Assembly (NCBI GenBank): GCA_013239625.1
Contig: MU054323.1
Span: forward strand, 19,985,082 to 20,049,081
Length of the DNA stretch: 64,000 nucleotides
Source of the DNA: Lama guanicoe
Lineage: Eukaryota
Direction of reading: 5' to 3'
The notes beneath the pieces are model-generated. The model was not told where the DNA came from. It made no database searches and saw only the letters and a program-made list of their open reading frames with translations. Position numbers and translations under genes: made by a program. The first letter of the stretch is position 1. The number at the start of each line of letters is the position of its first letter. This document shows, piece by piece, positions 25,201 to 37,900 of the stretch.

Positions 25201-25989
25201 TATATCGATTTAATTTGTGTAGTGTACTGTGTCTAGCAGTTAAATAGGAAGGATGGCATCTTTGAGCTCTTTCACATTGTGATCAGAAACAGTTATTCAA
25301 AATGGTAAACAAAGGTAGACGTTTTCAAGTTTATTGATACTGGGAATAAAACAATTCTCTCAAAGGAAATTCACATGATTAAAAAAGAAAGAAAGAAAAC
25401 TAGGAGATAGAAATCCATGTGTATTTTTACCTGAAATGAAAAATTCAGTATGAGTATCTGTATATTTTTTATACCGAAAAATAAGTCATTTGCTTGTTTC
25501 TAGTAAGACTTAGAGCATTAATAATTTAGTTTAAAATAATTTTCCAACACAGTTTTCTATTTCTTCTGTACCACGCTTAAAAACTTAACTGCTGAGCCGG
25601 GAATAAAACATCATTCAGTTGACTTTTTGTCGAAATAAAACAACAAAAACCTAAAAGTTACGTTGGAGTTGCTGAATACTCCAGGCTGTTAAGGTGCAAG
25701 TTCAGCATTTATTGTGCACCTGTTCCAGATTGTTTATATTTGTGACATTCTATTCCACTTCACGGCCCTTTTCTCATACAAAGATACTAAGAATTGAAGG
25801 CATTTATTAATTAACCCAAAGTCTTCAGAGCTAGCAATTGAAGGGGGTTCTCTGATTTTAGTTTGATGACCTTCCAAGTATTTCACTGTCATCTTTAGTG
25901 CGAGCAAGTAACCATATGTGCAGTTTGAGGCATCATCATGTCAGATTCCTTCCAGGACTGACACATGACCTGAGCACTGGGGCCAGCAT

Positions 25990-26150
25990 AAAGTACATCA
26001 CCAGTTTATGATAAAAGAAGATAACGCGGGAACAGCCAGATGGGAAAGATGCGCAGGGCAAGGCATGGAAAGGGGTGCAGAGGTGCCATGCCCTCTCCAG
26101 GCACACCACTCTCCCCAAACCTCTGAGTGTTCACTGACCCAGAAGCTCTG
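25990..26150. mobile_element. ERV LTR fragment, MER21-like
   Basis: GGAACAGCCAGATGGGAAAGATGCGCAGGGCAAGG..CCATGCCCTCTCCAGGCACACCAC..GTGTTCACTGACCCAGAAGCTCT. Confidence 0.65.
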
Positions 26151-26959
26151 AGTTGAAGATCCTTAAGGGAAAAGAAAGAAGAATGGTATTATCAGCTGTC
26201 TTCCCTGCTTACCTCTCTTGTCTTTTACCTTAACATTTATTCAGTGTAAGAAATGCCAGGAATAGCATTGTATATCAAAACAGTGACTTAAATTGTTGAC
26301 ATGTTGTCCTACCACTGAGCAGAGTTTGGGTATATGTGTACCCTTCACTAGCTTTAGTCTGTGGGGTGAGGCAGGCAGAGAGGTTCGGAGGTTGTTTTTA
26401 TTTTGGTTTTTTGTCTGAAAAACTTGTGGCTTAACCTTTGTGCAAAGAAAATCTGAATATGCACAAAAAGAAATTCTAATCTTGTAAACGACCGAGCACT
26501 TGAAATCTGCTACATGACTGACCCTATTACGGGCAAACTTGCTGAGAATGTAGGCTTTCCCTTTATATTTGGTGTTTCCAGTTATGTAAGTATAGCTGGA
26601 AAGGGTTTGGGCCCAGATCAGAACACAAGCTCTTAGTTTCTATTTTTAAATTCTTGCCAGAAATTTTAGTAAATTGATCTAGTTTGCGTATTCCCTAAAA
26701 TGATATTTCTGTACTGATGGCAGTCTTATGAACCAAAATTTGAGTATACTGTGATATCACGAATTGATAAAGGGACATTTTTGGATGGCAGAAGTATAAT
26801 TTCATAGCTAATCCTTTTATTCTAGTAAATAACAGACAAACCAAAACTGTTTTATGCCTCATAAGCTCTGCATATTTTCTCCTTGCTTCCAAACCATTTT
26901 CCTTACCTTAAATGTAAATTAATAGAAATCTTCAAAGTTATTATTTTCTACTTCTTTTT

Positions 26960-27515
26960 TCCAGTTTTACAACATTTATAATGTATAATATTGTAGTTTA
27001 AAGTATATAACATAATGACTTGATAACTGTATATATTGTAAAATGATTACTGAAATAAGTTTAGTTAACATCACCTCACAGTTATATTTTTTTCTTGTGA
27101 TAAGAACTTTTGAGATCTGCTGCCTTGGCAACTTTCAAATACACGCAGTACAGTATTGTTAACTATAGTCATGATGCTATCTATGCGTTGAATCTCTATA
27201 ACTTATAACTGGAAGTTTGTACCTTTTGACCACCTTCTCCTGCCCCACCTCTGGCAACCACTGGTCTGTTCTGCTTCTGTGAGTTCATTTCTCTTAGATT
27301 CCACATGTGAGTGAGATCATATAAAATTTATCTTTCTCTGACTTACTGCATTTAGCATAGTGTCCTCAAGGTCCATCCATGTGGCTATGGCTGGATTTCC
27401 TTTTACATTCCTCTGTATGTGTGTGTGTGTGTCTGTGTGTGTGTGTATGAACATGCCACATTTTCTTTATCCGTTCATCTTTCGATCAACACTTAGGTTG
27501 TTTCAGTATTTTTCT
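26960..27515 (-). mobile_element. L1MA-like 3' UTR fragment containing a (TG)n microsatellite
   Basis: CCTCTGGCAACCACT..TTAGATTCCACATGTGAGTGAGATCATA..TCCTCAAGGTCCATCCATGT; TG repeat ~27414-27447. Confidence 0.8.
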
Positions 27516-28967
27516 TACATGGATACAAGGTATTTGTTATTTCCGACATACATGAAATAGTTCAAAATTTTTCTTATGTGAATAATTCGTAATTTTTAAG
27601 TGGGAGAGGGGGAAGTTGAGAGTATCTACACTACCATAAAATGTTCATTATTCTTAAATCTTTGCCAAGTTCCTTTAAGGAACTAAGAAACACCAGCATT
27701 TTGCCTGCTCTCCAAATAGTCAACATGGGCCCGTTTGCCCTTTGCTGAGAATGTAACATAAATTTCAAAGTCTCCCTGATATTTGATTCTGTAGTTAAAC
27801 AGGCAAAGGAAGCCCTCCAAATGATCTTTTTTTGGCAGTCAAGGTAAACTTGCTTTTTATGGAAACTTTGTTTCTGTTAGAGTTGAGAAGAAAGGGGGAA
27901 TTTGCAATTAAGCTTGGATACATTTGGCCATGATTATGCCTGGAGGTATAATAGGTTTTTAAATTCAAGGATAATTATTTTTCTTGGCAGGTATTTCAAA
28001 CATTTGGCTTAAACTAGAATGTCAGAAATACAGGCTCATGAGAAGGAATCTTGGACTGTAAATTTGTTTTATAGGTAAATACTATCTAAAGGAACCTTTG
28101 GTAATTTAAATTTAAAGCACAGACTTTTTTTTTAGCTTTAATATAGGTCCTCCTCAGGAAATAACTATCCTGGAATATGAAGTGGAAAGTGGGAATCTCA
28201 GTGTTGACTACTTATATTGAGTATTTTTATTCCTGATGAAGCATTTGTCCTTCTGTTTTATTTTCTGTTTCCTAAGATTCCATCTTTCTAGGAAGATCTT
28301 AAGTGTTTAACAAGATTTTTGGCATGTTTAGAAGTATGGAAGGCTGAATTAAAAATAAAAGACTGTATTTCATTTTCTTACATTTTGATGGAGAGCTGTG
28401 AAATGCCACACCTCTGCTTTTTTTGTAATTTTTTACATGGTACCATGGTACTTTCAGACTACTCCTATTAATTTGACCGTGCATGAGAAAATAAGCCCTT
28501 TGCTCTCCCTTTTTTCCACTTTTAAATGCCCAAATAAAGCTAGCAATACTCCCAGAAAATTCGCATCTCTCAGATGTTCTTTCTCTCTTGGTCACATCAG
28601 ATCCATGATAGATAATTGGCTGGCTGTCCTACTGGTCACAGTCATGTTGTTCAATGTTTAAAGTATTTTTAGGTGATGAATGTTGATGTGAGCCGAGGCA
28701 GTTGACCTGAATAGCAAGTTTGTTAGAGTTCTGCTCCCAGCTCTGCTGAATAAGGCAAGCTCTACTCCAAATTAGGCAAACCCTTTCCTTTCTCACTGCC
28801 AAATATACCCATCTATTAAGTATTTGTACCCCTAGCAGCCTCACACTGAGTAATTTTGAGAGTCAGCTGTAGTATAAATTTTTTAGGATACCAAAGCCCT
28901 ACAAATTTTTTTTTAATTTTAACAATTTAATGGCAGCTCAAATAGATGAGTAAAAATGAACAATTTC

Positions 28968-29400
28968 AGTAACAGCTTTATTGAGATATACTTCACATAC
29001 CATAAAATTCACTCTTCTAAAAATGTACAGTTCAGTGATTTTTAATTTAGTCAGCATTGTGCAGCCATCACCACTTTCTAACTTGAGAACATTTTTATCA
29101 CCCCAAAAAAGAAACACTATCCATTAGCAGTCACTTCCCATTCCTCCCTTCCCTCAGTGCCTAGCACCCACTTGTCTACTTTTGGTCTCTATGAATTTGC
29201 CTGTGTTGGACAGTTTATAAAAATGGAATCATACAATATGTGATCTTTTGTAATTGGCTTATTTCACTTAAACCTTAATTTTTCCAAAATTCATCCATGT
29301 TACAGCATGTATTAGTACCTGATTCCTTTTTGTGGCTGAATAATATTCCATGATCTGAACATACCACATTTTATTTATCCATTTATCAGTTAATGAGCAG
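28968..29400 (-). mobile_element. L1MB-like 3' UTR fragment
   Basis: AACAGCTTTATTGAGATATACTTCACATACCATAAAATTCAC..ATGGAATCATACAATATGTG; similar to the start of the 33808 element. Confidence 0.8.
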
Positions 29401-29429
29401 TTTTAGAATATGAAGAATTTTTTCCAGTC

Positions 29430-29612
29430 TTTTTGAGATATAATTGACATATAACATTGTATAAGCTTAAGGTATACAACGTACTGTTTTGTCTGTATTG
29501 CAGAGTGATTGCCACAGTGAGTTTAGTTAACGTCATCACTTCGCATAGTTAGAGTTTTTCTTGTGGTAAGAACTTTTAAGATGTACTATCTTAGCAACTT
29601 TCAAATATACAA
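29430..29612 (-). mobile_element. L1MA-like 3' terminal fragment
   Basis: TTGAGATATAATTGACATATAACATTGTATAAG..CTTAGCAACTTTCAAATATACAA; similar to the 26960 element. Confidence 0.75.
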
Positions 29613-30308
29613 GAAAGCTGGGATGTCATTCAGCTTTACATTGGTGTCGCTGAATCAGTTTTTAAAATACTTTGGTTGGTCAAAAGTCACTTCTCCAAGC
29701 CGCCAGTGCCTCCCCTGCCTGTACCTTCCCCGGTGCCCTATATCTCAGCAAATAAAAGGGGTTATCCTTGGCAAAGCAGAAGGCCTCCAGGTCAACAGTG
29801 GTTAAATGTTAAATATTAATGGTTCTTCCCAGCAGGAAATGAAGGCTTTTTTGAGTAAAGAGGCATGAGTCCTAGTGACAGCTTTGTCACTAGCTAACTA
29901 TGTGGTGTTGGTTAAGCCAAATCTACATCTATGTTTCCTTATTTCTAAAATTAGAAGAGTAATCCCCTCCCTAACCACTGTATGAGATGATTATAAGAGA
30001 TAGTTAAGTTCTGAGGCTAGTGTAGCCTCTGTTGTCTGTGAAATTATCATTATATTAGCTTACCTTTTTGTAAAAATTATTTTGAAATATTTTCTAAGTA
30101 GCTAAATATTGACAGGAATGCAAAAGGTTGTATTAAGCTTGACTACCTGCCTTGCAGAAGATTGCTGAAAACAGTTTTTTGATTGTTGAGTTATAGAAAC
30201 TTTTGCTTATTCACTCTGTAGTTCTGCTAAAGTTTTCTTCTAGAAAGACACTAAAATCTGATGGAAAATATTATCACTAGTGTTTTTATTTTTCCCTCAT
30301 CATATTAG

Positions 30309-30460
30309 GTGTTTATCAGATCAGTAAACAAATCAAAGCTCATGATGGCAGTGTGTTTACACTTTGTCAGATGAGAAATGGGATGTTATTAACTGGAGGT
30401 GGAAAAGACAGAAAAATAATTCTGTGGGATCACGATCTGAATCCTGAAAGAGAAATAGAG
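30309..30460 (+). CDS. EML4: EML4 exon 14 (152 nt): VYQISKQIKAHDGSVFTLCQMRNGMLLTGGGKDRKIILWDHDLNPEREIE
   Basis: TTAG acceptor, GTAAGG donor; overlaps ORF 30353..30592. Confidence 0.96.
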
Positions 30461-31552
30461 GTAAGGATGAAAATGGAACATAAAATTTTTTCGATGTTAA
30501 ACCCTCTAAACTCATGTATTTTATCCCACATTAAGATAACTTACACTTTTCTGGGAAATTTGATGTACATTCTTGTCATTTTATTCCCTTGAAATAAACA
30601 AGAGAAAAAGGATCATTCACTAAACAAAATAACTTGAAGGAATAAGAAAAATGTGCAGAATAATTAAGTGGCTTGTTACTTATTTCTCAGGTTATTTTTT
30701 AGTGATCCAAAAATATAACCATACAAACTTAAAATTTAACATTCATCGAATAGTGTTTCCTGCTTCAGGGTATACAAGATGACTAGTTTAATTTTATTTA
30801 AAACTTGAAAAAATACCTTCTAAACATTGGGCTTAATGATAATGCCAATTGTGTATGTCTGCTTCATGCCATGAACCAAGCATATCCATAAAACCTGACA
30901 GGTGTTATGTGCTCAGTAAAAGTTTGCTAATTGAATTGAGATCTCAGGAGATGATTTAGCTAAGAAGTGTTTTAGATCAATGATTGTCAGAGCAAAGGCA
31001 AACTCACAGTTTAATATTGCTTCCATATTTTCATGACTTAAATGTTGAATTTATGCTCAGTCTTATCTACACATAATGTGCTTTGCAGACAGAATCTCCT
31101 CTAAAAAAACAGCATTCTGATAGTACTGCTTTTAGGCTTCATTTCCAAGAAAATACATCCCTGTATTATAGAGAAAGAAATTTGTCTCAGGCCAAATGAC
31201 TTAACCCAAAATAATATAACCAGTAAGTAATAAAACGAGACCACAGTTTTCATGTGATCTACTAGAACTTACTCTTTTATCTCCTACTCCTAATCCTTAA
31301 CTCTTGAAATTATATAAAAGATGAATTAAAAATTGAAGCAAAGAATGTTGGTAATGCATTATAACTTCTGTGTAATAAAATGTAATTGAACACATCATTT
31401 ATTAGCATAAGATTTTACCTTATTTTCAAATTTGGAGTTCTGTCATTTATTACCCCGTAATTGATTCCAGCTATAACAGCAGTCTTCAAGTGATAATTAA
31501 TGCAGGTGAGTATGTGTATGGTGACTTTACAAATTTTTTTTTTTTTTTTTAG

Positions 31553-31678
31553 GTTCCTGATCAGTATGGAACAATCAGAGCTGTAGCAGAAGGAAAGGCA
31601 GATCAATTTTTGGTAGGCACATCACGGAACTTTATTTTACGGGGAACGTTTAATGACGGCTTCCAAATAGAAGTACAG
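31553..31678 (+). CDS. EML4: EML4 exon 15 (126 nt): VPDQYGTIRAVAEGKADQFLVGTSRNFILRGTFNDGFQIEVQ
   Basis: Poly-T + AG acceptor, GTAAGC donor. Confidence 0.96.
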
Positions 31679-31763
31679 GTAAGCTGTATGATTTTAACCA
31701 TTGCCTGAATATTTCTGATGATACCCTTTGTTTCTTATTACACTGGATGTATTTCATTTTCAG

Positions 31764-31895
31764 GGTCATACAGATGAGCTTTGGGGTCTTGCCACACATC
31801 CCTTCAAAGATTTGCTCTTGACATGTGCTCAGGACAGACAGGTGTGCATGTGGAACTCAGTGGAACACAGGCTGGAATGGACCAGGCTCGTAGAT
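31764..31895 (+). CDS. EML4: EML4 exon 16 (132 nt): GHTDELWGLATHPFKDLLLTCAQDRQVCMWNSVEHRLEWTRLVD
   Basis: TTTTCAG acceptor after an 85-nt intron, GTGAGT donor; GH...W WD40 repeat. Confidence 0.96.
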
Positions 31896-32612
31896 GTGAG
31901 TAAAGCAAAAATATGATAATAATCTCCCCACAGAAACTCCCTAAACTGGCAGCTGATAGCAGCAAAGCAAAAAGGACTCAGCATTGATTAAAACCAGAAG
32001 TATTTACATAACTCAGCAAAGGGGAAGAGGTAAGGGGAGAGTGTTTATGCACAAAGTACAGCATGAACCCACTCCAAAAAAGCAAATTAACAGGACAGAG
32101 CTCAATTTTTCTAGTAAAAATCAAAAATATTTCACATCTTTATAGAGCATTAATTGTTCTGGGAAAGTTTAGGCCTCTGGTGGTGGTGCAGTTGAGTTCA
32201 GTAAGGACTGCTCACTAACAGACTCTACTGTCTTCTTTTTGGGTTGGTCTCTTACTGTACATTCTCCCTACCCCACCCAGATAGCCACCTTTTCTAGCCT
32301 AAAAGGTGTAGACACGTTCTTTGCAGACTCTAAAGAACTGTACAGGTGTTTGTCAGTAGCCTTACCGTTGTTCGGTGCCTAGCCTCAAGCTGGTTGTCCT
32401 TTCCCCCACTGCCCTGCCAGCATGTCCCCTCCTGCTCTGAAATTCTTTTTCCTGTCATGTCCATGTGGTATTTCCCATTGGCTACGATAGAGTTGATTGG
32501 GATTCCATGTTTATGAGAAACAAGTTATTTTCAAATATGTTTTGCCACTATTCCCATAGATCTAGGGAGACTTTCTCATGTACTCCCCAACAGCTGTCTG
32601 TCTTTCTTCTAG

Positions 32613-32680
32613 GAACCAGGACACTGTGCAGATTTTCATCCAAGTGGCACAGTGGTGGCCATAGGAACGCACTCAGGCAG
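32613..32680 (+). CDS. EML4: EML4 exon 17 (68 nt): EPGHCADFHPSGTVVAIGTHSG(R)
   Basis: TTCTTCTAG acceptor, CAG|GTAGGG donor. Confidence 0.95.
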
Positions 32681-34503
32681 GTAGGGTCTTTAAGGGAAAT
32701 GTGAGCTGAGTGATCAAAGTGGTGGGATGTGTAACCGTTATTCAGGAATGTTCACAATCTGATCTGGAGAATTAATCTTCTAAATGGCACAGTTATATAC
32801 TTGTTGCTCTTTCTGTTGTATATACTCAATCAGTGATTCAGTTATTATTCATTAAGCACCTACTATTTGTTAGACACTATTGTGGGCATTCAGGCTACAT
32901 CAGAGTGCAAAGCAGAAACTCCACTATATATAAGAAGGAGTTAAACACCACATGGAGTAGTAAGGGCTAGAAGGATGTGAATCGTTAAGACTCACCCCTT
33001 CACCGGATGAATGTACAATATAGGCATACATGTACATACAGAGCCCCAGTTTTTAAGGAAAACCTGATCTGATCCAACTAACTGAAATTACTTTCTAACA
33101 TTGAGTGTAACTGTTTATATTAAAGCTTCATCATGAACAGGCTTAAAATGAGAAGTCATTTAATTTAAGTGACTTAAGCTTAAAGTTAAGCTGGCGTCCT
33201 CTTGGAGATGAGTAGAAAATACCTTAGGAATGAGTGATGCGGTAACTAAATAAGAACTGCTGTCAGTTCTTTCTGGTATGGAGTTGGGGGTTAATTAGAA
33301 TCTAGGGGAGATGTAGTTATCAGCGTTCATTTTATACATAACTCCTAAATTTGGTTTCATACCTAATTAGATTCTGTTGATTCTTAAGAAAACGTTCTCC
33401 TTTATTATTTTTTACACGGGTCTGTGAGTGCCTACCTGTACTGCCTAAAACTGAAAATTCCTCAGTGTAGCCATTCAGATTATCACTGACCTTAAGCTTG
33501 AAAAAAGTCACACTCGGAGCAAGGAATTTTGTTTTTAGTATAATGAAACGCGTATCCAAATTGTGCATGATCCAGAAAAGGTGACTAGCAGAAATGTTTA
33601 AAGATGCCCTCACATCCAGATCTGGAAATCTTCTATTTCTTATAATCAAGAAGTAAGCACAAGTGTGAATATATTATCACAGTGATAAATAAAATTATCA
33701 TTTTAAAAGAATGTATTACTGATATAACTTCTAAGGGGAAAAAATTCATGGCCCTAAGTGTACCTAGTACTTCCTTAACATTGCTAATCCTCATATAGTA
33801 AGGATTCTTTTTTAACAGTTTTATTGAGATACCATTCATATACCATAAAATTCACCCATTTCTACAGTTCAGTAGTTTTTAGGAAGTTCACAGGGTTGTA
33901 ACAACCTTCGTCACAAGCTAATTTCAGAACATTTTCATTAACCCAGAAAGAAACTCTGAGCCAGTGAGCAGTCTCTCCTCATTACCTCCCCCCACTTCCA
34001 GGCGTGAGCAGCTGATCTACTTTCTGTTACTATAGGTTTGCATATCCTGGACATTTCATATAAACAGAATCATACAATATGTGGTCATTGTGATTAATTT
34101 CTTCTACTCAACATACTGTTTTGAAGGTTCATCCATGTTGTATAGCATGTATAAGTATTTCATTCCCTTTTGTCACCAAATACTCTGCTGTATGGATACA
34201 CCTCTTTATCAGTTGAGTTATTTCCACTTCTTGACTCCTGTGAATAATGCAGTCATACACAAGTTTTTGTGTGGACATATATTTTCAACTCTCTTGGCTT
34301 TATACCAAGGGATAGAGTTGCTGATAACTCTGTGTAACATTTTGAGGAGCTACCAAATTGTTTTCCACAACAGCTACATCATTTTATAATTCTACCAGTA
34401 AAGTATGAGGGTTCCAGTTTCTCCACACCCTCGCCAACACTTGTCATTGCCTGTGTTTTGATTATAGCCATCCTAGTGGGTGTGAAATGCTTTTTCATTG
34501 TGG

Positions 34504-34658
34504 GTTTTTTGTTGTTGTTGTTGTTTGCAGGGGATGGATAATTTGATTGATTGATTTACTCATTCATTCATTCATTTAAAGTGGCAGTACCAGGGATTGA
34601 ACCCAGGACCTAGTCCATGCTAAGCAGGAGCTCTACTACTGAGCTATACCCTCTCCCC
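34504..34658 (-). mobile_element. Vic-1-type SINE nested in L1
   Basis: tRNA-like head, tail decayed to (TGAA)n/(CAA)n; perfect 9-bp TSD TCATTGTGG at 34495-34503 and 34659-34667. Confidence 0.88.
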
Positions 34659-34852
34659 TCATTGTGGTTTTGATTTGCATTTCTCTGATGGCTAATGATG
34701 TTGAATATCTTTTTCACCTGCTTATTGGCCACTTGTATAGCCTCTTTAGAGAAATATCTATTCATATGCTGTGCCCATCTTTAAATTGGTTTGTCTTTTT
34801 ATTGTTGAGTTGTAAGAGGTCTTTATATAGTCTGGATATAGTACCTTATCAG

Positions 34853-34994
34853 TTTAGGGTTTTTTTTTGTTTTTTGAGGAGGGGGTTGGAGGTAATTAGG
34901 TTTATTTATTTTTAGAGGAGGTACCGGGGATTGAACCCAGGGCCTTGTGTATGCTAAGCATGCACTCTACCATTTGAACTATACCTGCCCCCTC
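34853..34994 (-). mobile_element. Vic-1-type SINE nested in L1
   Basis: tRNA-like head; perfect 13-bp TSD AGTACCTTATCAG at 34840-34852 and 34995-35007. Confidence 0.9.
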
Positions 34995-37900
34995 AGTACC
35001 TTATCAGATATGTGATTTACAAATATTTTCTCATTCCAAGGGTTGTCTTTTCACTTTCTTGATGGTAACATTTGTTGCACAAAAGTTTTAAATTTTACAT
35101 AGTCCCATTTATCTATTCTTCCTCTTGTCTTTGGTCATAAGGATTTACTACTATGTTTTCTTCAAAGAGTTTTATGGTTTTAGCTCTTACTTTTAGATCT
35201 GTGATTCATCTTGAGTTAACCTTTGTGTATGACGTGAGGTAGATACCCAGCTTCATTCTTTTGCATGTGGATATCCAATTGTTACAGCACCATTTACTGA
35301 CAAGACTATTCTTTCCCCAGTGAGTGGTATTGACACCCTTGTCAAAAATCAATTGACCATTCAATCTGGATTCCCAGTTATATTACATTGATCTGTGTGT
35401 CCATCTTATGCCAATACTGCAGTCTTGATTATTATAGCTTCACAATGTTTTGAAATCTGGAAATGTGGGTACTCCAACTTTGTTCTTTTCCAAGATGGTT
35501 TTTGCTATTAAGGATCCCTTGAATTTCCACATAAATTTTAAAACCAGTTTGTCAGTTTCTTCAAAGACGCTAGCTGGCATTTCGATAGGGATTTTTTTTT
35601 TCTTCATAGATCAACTTGGGGACTGTCACTATGTTGACAATATTAAGTCTTCCAGTTTATGGACTGGAGGGACTTTTCTATTTATTTAGATCTTCAGTTT
35701 TTTTCAAAGATGTTTTTAGTTTTTAGGGTACAGATTTGCACATTTGTTAAATGATGTCTAAGTATTTCATTCTCTTGATGCCATTTTATATGGAATTGTT
35801 TTCTCACTCATTTTCAGAGTATTCATTGCTGATAATATGTAAATACAACTGCTTTTTGTGTATTGATCTTATATGTATCCTGTACCTCTGCTGAACTCGT
35901 TTCTTAGTTTTAATAGTTTGTTTTAGTGGATTCCTCAGGATTTTATACACATAAGATCATGTGATCTGCAAATAATAGTTTTCTTCCTTTCCGAGCTGAA
36001 TTGTTTTTCTTTTTCTTGCCTAACTGTCCTGACCAGAACCTCCAGTACAGTATTGAATAGAAGTGGCAAGAGTGGTCATCCTGATCTTGTTCTCTAGTTC
36101 TGAGAGAAGGCATTCAGCCTTTCACCATGAAGTATCATGTTAATGTGGGTTTTTCATAGATGCTCTTTATTCTGAAGAATTTTATTTAATCATGAAAAAA
36201 TGTTGGATTTTTGTCAAATGCCTTTTCTGGTCTATTGAGATAACATCGTTTTTGTCCTTTATTAAGATGGAGTATTACATAAATTCATTTTCAAATGTTA
36301 ACCTTGTGTTCCTGACATAAATCCTACTTGGCCATGGCATATAATTCTTTTTATATGTTACTGGATTCAGTTTGTTAGTATTTTGTTCAATATTTCTTTC
36401 ATCTATATTGATAAGGGGTATTTGTCCATAGTTTTCTTGTGATGTCTTTGTCTGGTTTTGGTATTGGCAATATTGGCACTTCATTAAGGCTTTAAATAAG
36501 GCTGATATCCTCTAAACCAAAATGTAGACTTAAAGCATATAAATAGATAAAAATTAGTATATACTAGTAATTGTTAGTCATTAGTTATCAAAATTTTAGA
36601 TTTATTGAACCAATGACTCATAAACTACTTAATCAATAAATCACACGTAGGCGTACCTCATATTTTCAAATATAATGTTCTGTCACTTTTTTAAATTTGT
36701 GTATCTTGGTGGAATTTAAAGTTCTTCATAAAGCTCACAGTATATGTGAGCCTGAACCATTATGAACATGAAAGTTTATAATCTCTGAATTATTGGTAAG
36801 ATAAATATTGCTTGATTTTCCCAAGACCCCAGTTAATCATTTCTTCCCTTCCTGTTTTTTGAAACTAGTTTCTCAAAAGGCACTTAATCTTTATACCACT
36901 TACAGGCCTTAGAGAAATGACAACTATATTTGCCATCCCATCAGGATGATAGGTGTCTATCAGCTCAGACAAAATCCCCAAGAAGTTTGCACAGAACTTT
37001 AATCTGTTCTTGGTTGGATCCAGTTCTATTTCCAAACCAACATATAGTATTAGAGGCAGGAGTTTTTGCCGTAGTCATTATATAGGCTGATAAATGGAAG
37101 TGAGACACCCAGAGTTCGAGAAATCAGTAGACTTGAAGTGATGGTAGGGAGAATAAAAAGCAAAGTTGGAAATTGTTTCAAAGAAAGAAATCCATGGAAT
37201 TGAGGCAGTATATAGAACATACTGTGTATAATAACCATATAGGATGGAAAGGGGAGTGGGCAGACTGAGAGAGGTGACTTCAAAGAAGACCCCAAGGTTT
37301 TGGTCTGTAGTGATAGTGACAGCTTTGACGAGGAAGCAGACTGGGAAAATGAGCCTGGTGAGTGGGTAGGTATAGAATTTCATTTAGTTTTTGACATGGA
37401 ATCACAGAACCTTAGACCTAGAGAGACTGGGGATCCAGCTCAACTCATCTTTTTTTATTTTTTTATATAGTTTTTAAAGGTTACTTTGATTTGACGGTAA
37501 CCTTGGCAAACCAGCAATGTAGCTAAAGTACTGTTACCAAATTCTAACCAGATACTGTTGACTAGGAAGGTTCTGAGCATAAGAAATGTTCCTTCTGCTC
37601 AAAAGGGAAATGTCAAAGGCATATTAGCTCTAGCTGACACTATGACATAATTAAAAGAGAAAACTTCTAATTAGAAAAGAATAGCTTTTTCCCTCTGTAA
37701 TTTGGTGTTGCTGAACTTGGCCTGTGGGTACTCCTGAGCTCACTTTTCCCCAGGGTGCACGGTGTCTTTGAACTCCATCAGCATGAATCTCCCTGAGTTC
37801 TGCCTTGTCGTAGCTCCAGTTCTGAGTTGCTCTGAGCTCCGGCAGGCTGCGGAGCACTACGTGCAGGGAGTGGCACAAAGAAATATGAGACATGGCCCCT

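Larger units (their letters stand above)
33808..36480 (-). mobile_element. Old 5'-truncated LINE-1 (L1M-type): 3' UTR and degenerate ORF2, antisense in intron 17
   Basis: Typical antisense L1 phrases (GGTTTTGATTTGCATTTCTCTGATGGCTAATGATGTTGA; TTCATTCTTTTGCATGTGGATATCCA; TTGAATAGAAGTGGCAAGAG); ORFs 34664, 35450 and 36275 are L1 remnants. Confidence 0.9.

Noticed and set aside
33771..33798. Perfect U12 branch consensus TTCCTTAAC with an AG about 20 nt downstream
   Set aside because: Intron 17 starts with a U2 donor (GTAGGG), I saw no matching U12 donor, and no exon follows (an L1 tail does). Likely chance.
34081..36484. ORFs of 69-102 aa in intron 17
   Set aside because: Fragments of a decayed L1 on either strand, not genes.
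37449..37495. Possible very short antisense artiodactyl L1 3' tail
   Set aside because: Too short and no TSD; could not be supported without a search.
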